Below, piece by piece: positions 1 through 7,079 of a stretch of DNA of 32,000 nucleotides. Made by a program: the position numbers and the translations under genes. The notes under the pieces are model-generated. The model did no database searches. It saw nothing but the letters and a program-made list of their open reading frames with translations, and had not been told where the DNA came from. This DNA comes from Phycisphaera mikurensis NBRC 102666 (GTDB lineage Bacteria > Planctomycetota > Phycisphaerae > Phycisphaerales > Phycisphaeraceae), in contig NC_017080.1 of NCBI RefSeq assembly GCF_000284115.1, forward strand, positions 2,190,001 to 2,222,000, written 5' to 3'. The first letter of the stretch is position 1, and every line of letters begins with the position of its first letter.

Positions 1-350
1 AGCTGGCGGAGCAGCTCGTCGCGGACACCGCCGGCTCGGCGGCGCGGGTGACGCAAGGGAAGCGGATCGTGGAGGTCACGGACCAGCGGGCGGACAAGGG
101 CGACGCGGTGGACCGCTTCCTCGGCGAAGCGTCGGCGGCGGGCACGCCCTACGCGGCGGTGCTCTGCATCGGCGACGACCGGACGGACGAGGCGATGTTC
201 CGCGGCCGCCGCGGCGACCCCGCGGCGGTCACCGTCCGCGTCGGGCCGGGGGAGACCGCCGCGGCATTCCGCGTGGCCGGCACCGATCGCGTGCTCGCGC
301 TGCTGTGCGCCATCGCGGCGGAGCCGGACCGAGCCCTCGCCGGGGTCTAG
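1..350 (+). CDS. otsB: Trehalose-6-phosphate phosphatase (HAD superfamily), C-terminal fragment; the 5' end lies upstream of the window
   Basis: Frame 3 is open from base 3 to TAG 348-350. The translation ...GKRIVEVTDQRADKGDAVDRFL...AVLCIGDDRTDEAMF... carries the K-G and GDDxTDE motifs typical of OtsB-type HAD phosphatases. Codon usage is GC3-saturated. Confidence 0.8.
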   Translation, partial: LAEQLVADTAGSAARVTQGKRIVEVTDQRADKGDAVDRFLGEASAAGTPYAAVLCIGDDRTDEAMFRGRRGDPAAVTVRVGPGETAAAFRVAGTDRVLALLCAIAAEPDRALAGV

Positions 351-436
351 CGTTGCTCGCCGCCGACCGCCTCCGGCCCGCTCGCCCGGGCGCTCGCGGA
401 GGAGAAGGCACCCGAGGTTCCGGATCGATCGGCTCC

Positions 437-1516
437 ATGACCGTCTCGCACCCGCCACGCCCGCCACGCCCCGCCGAGCCGCGGACCCTGCTGAGCGCGC
501 TGCTCCGCGGAGGCCCGGCGGCGGGCCGCGGTGCCGTCGAGGCGGCGACGCTGCACGGCTCTTTCGCCGGGGTGGCCGCGGTTGTCGCCCTGCCGCTGCG
601 GAACGAGGCGGAGCTGATCGGCCCGATGCTCGCGGCGCTCGAGGCGTCGATCGGCCGCACCGATCTGGCCTGCGGCCTCGTCGCCGTCGCGAACGACACC
701 GCCGACGAATCGCCGGGCGTGATCCGCGGCTGGGCGGAGCGGACGGGCCACGCCGCGGCCGTCTGCGAGGTGCGCCTCGATCCGGAGGTCCGCGGCGCCC
801 CGCACGCGCGGCGCCTGGCGATGGACCTCGCCGCTCGCCTGGCGCCGGACGCGCTTCTCCTGACGACCGACGCCGACTGCCGCGTCGGCGCGGACTGGAT
901 CTCCGGGAACGCCACGTGGCTGGCCGACGGCGCGGTGCTCGTGTGCGGCGCCGTCGACACGGACGAAGCGGAGATCGCGGCCCTGCCCGGCCTCGTCGAG
1001 GCGTGCGGCGTCGCCGAAAGCCGCTTGTACCGGCTGCTCGAGGCGCGGTGGCGCGAGCTCGTGCCCGACGGCTCGCGGCGCTTCGTCCAGCGGGCGATGG
1101 GGGCCAGCATCGCCCTGCGGGCGAGCGACTACCTGGAGCTCGGCGGGTTGCCGACCCCGCGCTCGAGCGAGGACCGCGCCCTCGCCACCGAGGTCCGGCT
1201 GCGGGGCCGGCGCATCGAGACGCCCGAGGACGTGCGCGTCGTCGCGTCCTGCCGCCTCCTCGGGCGGGCCGAGGGCGGCATGGCGGGGGCGCTGCTCGAC
1301 CGCACCCGCTCGCCGGATCCGGAGTGCGACGAGGCTCTCGTTCCCTGGCCGGTGCTCGAGGCCCGCGCCGCCGCCTGGCGGGAGATCCACGCCAGCGGCG
1401 TCGCCGACCCGCACGGCGTGTTCGAGCGGGCCTGCGACGTGCGGCCGGGCCTGGTGGCGGAGCGGATGCGGCTGAGCGCGGTCCGCGCGGCGCTGGAAGC
1501 GGTGGACGCGGGTTGA
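437..1516 (+). CDS. Family-2-like glycosyltransferase (359 aa)
   Basis: ATG at 437 is the first start clear of otsB; the GTG at 305 in the track overlaps otsB. The fold pattern is GT-A: AAVVALPLRNEAELIGPMLAALEAS..., VAVANDTADES, and the DxD-like LLLTTDADCRV. The stop TGA 1514-1516 overlaps the next gene's ATG (TGATG). Confidence 0.7.
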   Translation: MTVSHPPRPPRPAEPRTLLSALLRGGPAAGRGAVEAATLHGSFAGVAAVVALPLRNEAELIGPMLAALEASIGRTDLACGLVAVANDTADESPGVIRGWAERTGHAAAVCEVRLDPEVRGAPHARRLAMDLAARLAPDALLLTTDADCRVGADWISGNATWLADGAVLVCGAVDTDEAEIAALPGLVEACGVAESRLYRLLEARWRELVPDGSRRFVQRAMGASIALRASDYLELGGLPTPRSSEDRALATEVRLRGRRIETPEDVRVVASCRLLGRAEGGMAGALLDRTRSPDPECDEALVPWPVLEARAAAWREIHASGVADPHGVFERACDVRPGLVAERMRLSAVRAALEAVDAG

Positions 1517-2661
1517 TGGCGCCTCCCCCCGCACCCGCCGCCGCCCCTTGCCCCGCCACCGAGCGGGGGAAGCGAGCCGATCCGGAGGACCGGTCGCTGC
1601 TGGCCGCGATCGACGGCCGCGCGGCCGCCGCCGACCGCGGCGAGGCCGATCTTTCCCGCGAGGTCGCCGCGCTGCGGCGGGCCGGCTGGCTCGCCGCCCC
1701 GCTGCCCGCCGCGGACGGTGGCCTGGGGTGGGGCACCGAGCCCGCCGGCACCCCGGGCTGCTTCACCGCGTTGCGGCAGCTCGGCCGCGTCTCCCTGCCG
1801 GTCGCCCGGATCTTCGAGGGCCACGTCAACGCGGTCGCTCTGGTCGCGCTCTACGGAGCCGACACGCTCCGCGGCAACGCCTTCGACGCGATCCGCGGCG
1901 GCGGCTGCTTCGGCGTCTGGGGGGCGGACGCCCCGGGCGACGCCGTCACGCTGCGGGGCGAGGGAGAAGCCCTCCGGCTCGCGGGAGCGAAGGACTACGC
2001 GTCCGGCCTCGGCCTGCTGTCTCACGCCGTGGTGTCCGCCCGCGTGGAAGCGGGGACGCAGCTGCTGCTCGTGCCCGTCGGCGACGCCGCCCGCGGCCGC
2101 GGCGACACCTGGCGCCTCGCCGGGATGCGGGCCACACGCTCGGGCCGGTACCGCTTCGACGGCGTCGATCCCGGCGCCGACGCCGAGCTGGGCGGCCCCG
2201 ACGACTGGTTCCGCGAGCCGCACTTCGAGGGCGGCGTGTGGCGCTACTGCGCCGCCCACCTGGGCGCCGCGGAGCGGCTGTTCGCCGAGATGCGGGACGC
2301 CCTGGCGGCCCGCGACCGGGCCGGCGACCCGCACCAGCAGGTCCGCCTCGTGCGGGCCGCGGTCGCCGTCGAGTCCGCCCGGCTCTGGATCGAGCGCGCG
2401 GCCCGCCGCGTGCAGGCCGCCGACGCCCATGCCGACGCCGCCGCGGTGTCGCTGCTCGCCCGGGAGGTCACGCAGGACGCCTGCCGCGACGTCGTCCGGA
2501 TCGTCGAGGAGGCGCTGGGGCTCGCCGCGCACGCCTGGGGCCCGATCGAGCGGACGCGGCGCGACCTCGCCGCCTTCGTCTGCCAGGCCGCGCCCGACGA
2601 CAAGCGTGCCCGCGCCGCCGAGGCCCTCGTCGCCCGCGGGGTGCTGCCGGAGCACCTCTAG
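1516..2661 (+). CDS. Acyl-CoA dehydrogenase-like flavoprotein (381 aa)
   Basis: ATG 1516 overlaps the upstream TGA; an in-frame TTG at 1513 is also possible. The size and segments RIFEGHVNAVALV, GMRATRSG, WRYCAAHLGAAERL and RRDLAAFVCQ resemble the three-domain ACAD fold. High GC3. Confidence 0.65.
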   Translation: MAPPPAPAAAPCPATERGKRADPEDRSLLAAIDGRAAAADRGEADLSREVAALRRAGWLAAPLPAADGGLGWGTEPAGTPGCFTALRQLGRVSLPVARIFEGHVNAVALVALYGADTLRGNAFDAIRGGGCFGVWGADAPGDAVTLRGEGEALRLAGAKDYASGLGLLSHAVVSARVEAGTQLLLVPVGDAARGRGDTWRLAGMRATRSGRYRFDGVDPGADAELGGPDDWFREPHFEGGVWRYCAAHLGAAERLFAEMRDALAARDRAGDPHQQVRLVRAAVAVESARLWIERAARRVQAADAHADAAAVSLLAREVTQDACRDVVRIVEEALGLAAHAWGPIERTRRDLAAFVCQAAPDDKRARAAEALVARGVLPEHL

Positions 2662-3977
2662 TGGTGCCCGACCGGCCCGAGGGCGTGGTGCTGGACCGTG
2701 CGGCGGACGCCCCGTGGGTCGGCCTCGACGAGCTGTGCCCGACTCCGGGCCTCGTCGTCCTCGTCCCGCACCCCGACGACGAAAGCCTCGGCTGCGGGCT
2801 GGCGCTCGCCGCGGCCGCGGCCGCCGGGCGGCGGATCACGCTCGTCCTGCTGACCGACGGCGAGGGCTCGCACCCCGGCTCGGCCACGCACCCGCCGGAG
2901 GTGCTGGCCCGGCTCCGGCGGGCGGAGTTGGACGAGGCCATCGACGCGCTCTGCCCGGACGAAGCTCCGCGGGTGGTCCGCCTCGGCCTGCCCGACGGCC
3001 GCTGCACCGCCGACGACGCCCTCGCCCACCTCGACGCCGCCCGGGCGTTGCTCGACGACGCCGCGCCCGCCACCGTCTGGACCACCTGGAGCGGGGACCC
3101 GCACTGCGACCACGAAGCCGCCGCCGCCCTCGCCGAAGCCCTCGCCGCGGATCCCGCGGTGGCCGTCTGGAGCTACGCCGTGTGGGGCCGCTTCGGCCCC
3201 GCCCGCGCCTCCACCCCCGGCCTCCGCCGCTTCGCGTGCGACGAGATGCGGCCGCGGAAGCGTGCCGCCGCCGGTGCCCACCGCTCGCAGCTCACCCCGC
3301 TGATCGCGGACGCCCCCGACGCCTTCCTCATGCCCGAGGCGTTGACCGAGCACTTCCTCGCGGCGCCCGAGCTGTTCCTCCCCGGCACCGGCCGGCCCGC
3401 CGACCGCCGCGCCACCTTCGACGCGTTGCACGCCGGCGACGCCGACCACTGGTCCGTCACCACCAGCGGGTACGAGCGCCAGAAGCGGGCCGTCACGCTG
3501 GCCGCTCTCCCGCGGCCCGGCTACGCCCGCGCCCTGGAGGCCGGCTGCGGCATCGGGGTCCTCACCGCCGAGCTGGCCCCCCGCTGCGGCGAACTGCTCG
3601 CCCTGGACGTCTCGCCGAACGCCGTGGAACGGGCGAGGGTTCGGCTTGCGCGTCACGGGCACGTCCGCGTCGGGGTGGCCGAGCTGCCCGCAGGATGGCC
3701 CGCCGGGACGTTCGACCTGATCGTCCTCTCCGAGCTGCTCTACTTCTTGAGCGCCGACGAGGTCGCGGACCTCTCCGTCCGCGCCGCCGCCGCCCTGGCA
3801 CCCGACGGCGTCTGCTTGCTGGTGAACTGGACCGGCCCCAACGACCTCCCCCTCGATGGCGACGCCGCGGCCGGAGCCTTCCGCGACGCGGCCGGCACGC
3901 GGTGGCACGTCCTGCGGGCCGACCGCCACGAGGGCTTCCGCCTCGACCTGCTGCGGGCGGCAACCCGCGGCGGCTGA
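2661..3977 (+). CDS. Fusion protein: N-terminal PIG-L/LmbE-family N-acetylglucosaminyl deacetylase plus C-terminal NodS-like SAM-dependent methyltransferase (438 aa)
   Basis: GTG 2661 overlaps the upstream TAG (TAGTG). The N-terminal half has the LmbE signatures VLVPHPDDESLG and GDPHCDHEAA. The C-terminal half (from about nt 3400) has SAM motif I LEAGCGIGVLT. It also has a NodS-like context: YERQKRAVTL..., LALDVSPNAVERAR, FDLIVLSELLYFL. One uninterrupted frame joins the two halves. Confidence 0.8.
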   Translation: MVPDRPEGVVLDRAADAPWVGLDELCPTPGLVVLVPHPDDESLGCGLALAAAAAAGRRITLVLLTDGEGSHPGSATHPPEVLARLRRAELDEAIDALCPDEAPRVVRLGLPDGRCTADDALAHLDAARALLDDAAPATVWTTWSGDPHCDHEAAAALAEALAADPAVAVWSYAVWGRFGPARASTPGLRRFACDEMRPRKRAAAGAHRSQLTPLIADAPDAFLMPEALTEHFLAAPELFLPGTGRPADRRATFDALHAGDADHWSVTTSGYERQKRAVTLAALPRPGYARALEAGCGIGVLTAELAPRCGELLALDVSPNAVERARVRLARHGHVRVGVAELPAGWPAGTFDLIVLSELLYFLSADEVADLSVRAAAALAPDGVCLLVNWTGPNDLPLDGDAAAGAFRDAAGTRWHVLRADRHEGFRLDLLRAATRGG

Positions 3978-4034
3978 TGCGGACGCCCGCGCGGCCGCCC
4001 GGGGGACTGCCGCCCGGGCGAACGGAGGCGTGCG

Positions 4035-4080
4035 CCGCGGACCGCGGCGTTTCGGCGCGTCCGCGGCCGGCGGTCCGCGG
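4035..4080. repeat. REP-like 46-bp palindromic element, locus A (CCGCGGACCGCGG-N20-CGGCGGTCCGCGG; right arm 12/13)
   Basis: Read directly. The left arm 4035-4047 is embedded in a 17-bp perfect palindrome, CGCCGCGGACCGCGGCG (4033-4049). The spacer is cgtttcggcgcgtccgcggc. The element ends 35 bp upstream of the korA ATG. Confidence 0.85.
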
Positions 4081-4114
4081 CGCCGGGGCCGCTGGATCCC
4101 CTAGCTTGGCCGCG

Positions 4115-6046
4115 ATGCCCGCCGCCGCAGCCACCGCTTCCGCTCCCGAAACCGCCGCCCGCCGCTCGATCGTCGTCCGCTTCGCGGGCGATTCCGGAGA
4201 CGGCATGCAGCTGGCGGGCACGCAGTTCACCGACACCTCGGCGATCTTCGGCAACGACGTCGCGACCTTCCCGGACTTTCCCGCGGAGATCCGGGCGCCC
4301 GCCGGCACCGTGGCCGGCGTGTCGGGTTTCCAGGTGCACTTCTCCAGCGACGACATCTTCCACCCCGGGGACCACGTCGACGCGCTGATCGCGATGAACC
4401 CCGCGGGCCTCAAGGCGCACCTCAAGGACGTGACCCCCGGCGGTCTCGTGATCGTGAACGCCGACGAGTTCACGAAGACGAACCTCAAGAAGGCCGGGTA
4501 CCCGACGCCGGAGGGCTCGAAGGAGCCGTACAACCCCCTCGAGGACGAGGAGCTGTTCCGCAACCTCCGCCTGCACAAGGTGCCGGTGACCAAGCTGAAC
4601 CAGGAGGTGCTCCGAGCGGGCAACGCCGAGCACGGCTGGGGCCTGGACCCGCGCTCGATCGCCCGCTGCCGCAACATGTGGGTGCTGGGCCTCGTGTACT
4701 GGCTCTTCGACCGGCCCCTGGCCACGACCGAGGAGCACCTGAACCAGACCTTCGCGGTCCGCAAGAAGCTGCCCGCCGTCGCCGCGGCGAACATCCAGAG
4801 CCTCCGCGCCGGGTGGAACTACGGCGAGACGGCGGAGATCGTCGCCGAGCGGGCCCGCGTGGAGCCGGCGGACATCGCCCCGGGGGTCTACCGGAAGGTG
4901 ACCGGCAACGAGGCGTTGTCGATGGGGCTCATCGCCGGCGGCAACCTCGCGGCGAAGGACATCGTGTACGCGACCTACCCGATCACACCGGCGTCGGACA
5001 TCCTGCACAACCTCGCGCCGATGAAGCACTTCGGCGTGAAAACCGTGCAAGCCGAGGACGAGATCGCCGCGGTGTGCGCCGCGATTGGTGCCAGCTTCGC
5101 CGGCCAGATCGGCATCACCGGCACCTCCGGGCCGGGCCTGGCGCTCAAGGCCGAGGCGATGGGGCTGGCGGTGGTGACCGAGCTGCCGCTGATCGTGATC
5201 AACGTGCAGCGCGGCGGGCCGTCCACCGGCCTGCCGACCAAGACCGAGCAGAGCGATCTCCTGCAGGCGGTGCACGGCCGCAACGGCGATGCCCCGGTGG
5301 TGGTGCTGGCGCCCGACTCGCCGGGCGACTGCTTCCGGGTGGGCATCGAGGCGATCCGCGTCGCGCTCACGCGGATGGTGCCGGTGGTGATCCTCACCGA
5401 CGGCTACCTCGCCAACGGCAGCGAGCCCTGGGAGGTGCCCTCGGCCGCGGACTTCCCGGCGATCGAGGTGGAGCACGCCACCGCCGCCCAGATCGCGGAT
5501 CCCGACGGCGAGGGCTTTCTCCCGTACAGCCGCGACGAACACGGCGCCCGGCCCTGGGCGATCCCCGGGGAGCCCGGGGTGGAGCACCGCATCGGCGGGC
5601 TCGAGAAGCAGGATCGCACGGGCAACGTGAGCTACGACCCCGAGAACCACCAGCGGATGACGGACCTGCGTGCCGCGAAGGTGGCCGCCGTCGCGGACCT
5701 CGTGCCCGACATCGAGGCCCTGCAAGGTCCCCCGAGCGGGCCGCTGCTCGTGCTGGGCTGGGGCGGCACGCGCGGGTCCATCACGGCGGCGGTGCAGGCG
5801 GCGCACGAGCGGGGCCAGGCACAGGTCGCCCAGGCGCACCTGCGCCACCTCAACCCGTTCCCGAGGAATCTCGGCGCGTTCCTCGCCGGCTACGAGCGGG
5901 TGCTGATCCCCGAGCTGAACATGGGCCAGCTGCTGCTGCTGATCCGCGGGAGCTTCTGCGTGCCGGCCGTCGGCTTGAACAAGGTGAAGGGCAAGCCGTT
6001 CCTGGTGGAAGAGCTGCTGGCGGCGATCGACGAGCAGCTCCGCTGA
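4115..6046 (+). CDS. korA: 2-oxoglutarate/2-oxoacid:ferredoxin oxidoreductase, alpha subunit (fused gamma-alpha type, 643 aa)
   Basis: ATG 4115. The N-terminus RFAGDSGDGMQLAG...FPDFPAEIRAP is gamma-domain-like. It is followed by TGNEALSMG..YPITPASDIL...AEDEIAA...GTSGPGLALK...GGPSTGLPTKTEQSDL and the C-terminal LIPELNMGQL. This is the typical KorA architecture. Confidence 0.9.
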   Translation: MPAAAATASAPETAARRSIVVRFAGDSGDGMQLAGTQFTDTSAIFGNDVATFPDFPAEIRAPAGTVAGVSGFQVHFSSDDIFHPGDHVDALIAMNPAGLKAHLKDVTPGGLVIVNADEFTKTNLKKAGYPTPEGSKEPYNPLEDEELFRNLRLHKVPVTKLNQEVLRAGNAEHGWGLDPRSIARCRNMWVLGLVYWLFDRPLATTEEHLNQTFAVRKKLPAVAAANIQSLRAGWNYGETAEIVAERARVEPADIAPGVYRKVTGNEALSMGLIAGGNLAAKDIVYATYPITPASDILHNLAPMKHFGVKTVQAEDEIAAVCAAIGASFAGQIGITGTSGPGLALKAEAMGLAVVTELPLIVINVQRGGPSTGLPTKTEQSDLLQAVHGRNGDAPVVVLAPDSPGDCFRVGIEAIRVALTRMVPVVILTDGYLANGSEPWEVPSAADFPAIEVEHATAAQIADPDGEGFLPYSRDEHGARPWAIPGEPGVEHRIGGLEKQDRTGNVSYDPENHQRMTDLRAAKVAAVADLVPDIEALQGPPSGPLLVLGWGGTRGSITAAVQAAHERGQAQVAQAHLRHLNPFPRNLGAFLAGYERVLIPELNMGQLLLLIRGSFCVPAVGLNKVKGKPFLVEELLAAIDEQLR

Positions 6047-6193
6047 CACCGCCGGCGCGTCGGCTCCGGCACGGCGCGGCGGGACGTGCGGATCGCACCG
6101 GATCCTCCGCCGGTGCCGGCTGGGCCCGTGCCGCGGGTTCTCCCCCGGCCCGAGGCGGTGCAGCGGGCGGGGCCGGCCGCCGATGCACGGCGT

Positions 6194-6853
6194 GTGATCA
6201 AGTTCCGCTGCATCGCGTGCTCGAAGAAGGTCGGCGTCTCCGACGCCGCCGCCGGCAAGCGGGCCCGCTGCCCGCAGTGCTCGACGGTGATGCGGGTGCC
6301 GGTGCCCGAGCGGGTGGTCGAGGCGGATCTCGCGCTCGCCGCGGCCGAGCCGGTGATGAAGCCCGCGATGAAGGCGGCCGCCGCCACCCCGCCGCCTCCC
6401 GAGCGGCGCCGGGCGCGGGCACCCCGGCCGCCCGGTGGCGACTTCACGGTCGCCGGCGAGGTGCTCACGGCGCCCGCGGCGGCGGGCGTCCACGAGCCGG
6501 TGGCGCAGGAGGAGCGGCGGATCCGGCAGGACGCGATGGACTCGCTCGCCGGCCTGGCGGCGGTTTCCGACGCGGCGCCGCAGATGATGAACTTCGGGTC
6601 CGGCGTGAACCCCTCGCCGAAGCGGAAGAAGCGCTCGGCGGGTCCGCGGGTGCCCACCGCGGTCCACCCCGCGTGCGGGACGTGCGGCACGACGGTCCTC
6701 GCCTCGGCCCGGTTCTGCACGGCGTGCGGGGCGGCGCTCAAGGTGCCGGACCTGCCGGTGGACAACAACCCGATTGCGCTGCCGATGACGGTCCGCCCGC
6801 CCGCTTCGGGGTGGAAGGCGGGGTTCTGGGGCTGGCTGCTCGGCGCCCGCTGA
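6194..6853 (+). CDS. Hypothetical double zinc-ribbon protein with a low-complexity linker and Trp-rich C-terminal tail (219 aa from GTG 6194; the longest ORF starts at GTG 6086)
   Basis: There are two CxxC...CxxC ribbons: FRCIACSKKVGVSDAAAGKRARCPQCS and HPACGTCGTTVLASARFCTACG. The tail is GWKAGFWGWLLGAR. GC3 rises sharply only after GTG 6194, so I prefer that start. Confidence 0.55.
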   Translation: MIKFRCIACSKKVGVSDAAAGKRARCPQCSTVMRVPVPERVVEADLALAAAEPVMKPAMKAAAATPPPPERRRARAPRPPGGDFTVAGEVLTAPAAAGVHEPVAQEERRIRQDAMDSLAGLAAVSDAAPQMMNFGSGVNPSPKRKKRSAGPRVPTAVHPACGTCGTTVLASARFCTACGAALKVPDLPVDNNPIALPMTVRPPASGWKAGFWGWLLGAR

Positions 6854-6895
6854 GGCCGATCCCAAGCGATCCACGGGCGTCCGCTGATGCACCGG

Positions 6896-7004
6896 CCTGG
6901 GTGCCACGCCCCTTGGGGGGTGCCTGGGTGCCACGCCCCTTGGGGGGTGCCTGGGTGCCACGCCCCTTGGGGGGGTGCCTGGGTGCCACGCCCCTTGGGG
7001 GGTG
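6896..7004. repeat. Tandem direct repeat, 4 copies of a 27-bp unit CCTGGGTGCCACGCCCCTTGGGGGGTG (the third copy is 28 bp with one extra G)
   Basis: Copies read directly at 6896-6922, 6923-6949, 6950-6977 and 6978-7004. They are otherwise identical. The array is intergenic, between convergent genes ending at 6853 (+) and 7080 (-). Confidence 0.95.
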
Positions 7005-7079
7005 GCCGCGTCGCGATCACCTCTCGCACTCGCCACCCCGCAAGCGGCGTGGCACCCGAGAATCGTTTCTCCGGCGGCT

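Noticed and set aside
305-436. GTG 305 as the start of the glycosyltransferase.
   Set aside because: It would overlap the otsB 3' end by 46 nt, and the extra residues are Arg/Gly/Pro junk. ATG 437 gives a clean N-terminus.
479-487. Copies of the 9-mer core CCGCGGACC/GGTCCGCGG inside coding regions (479-487, 787-795, 6641-6649, 14969-14977) as additional REP elements.
   Set aside because: They lack the full 13-mer and the N20 partner arm. By a rough composition estimate a few such 9-mers are expected by chance in a window this GC-rich.
1718-6046. Very long track ORFs running through or antisense to real genes: 1718-6046 (+, upstream of 4115), 3740-7036 (-), 10573-14466 (-), 10650-13574 (+), 916-2661 upstream part, and 1548-3977 upstream part.
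   Set aside because: Their translations are monotonous Arg/Pro/Gly/Ala strings with no recognisable motifs. They overlap frames that encode clearly conserved proteins. Stop-codon-poor alternative frames are expected at this G+C content. Only the in-frame segments downstream of the starts I list are called.
6086-6853. The possibility that the ORF after korA is a divergent korB.
   Set aside because: There is no TPP-binding or beta-subunit motif, and at 219-255 aa it is shorter than beta subunits usually are. Its cysteines form two simple zinc ribbons rather than the KorB pattern.
6901-6925. A sigma-54-type promoter suggested by TGGCAC on the minus strand of each 27-bp unit.
   Set aside because: The sequence five nucleotides downstream is CACC, not TTGC, so the -24/-12 consensus is not met.
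6896-7004. The 27-bp repeat array as a CRISPR array.
   Set aside because: The repeats are directly adjacent with no spacers, there are only four copies, and no cas genes are in the window.
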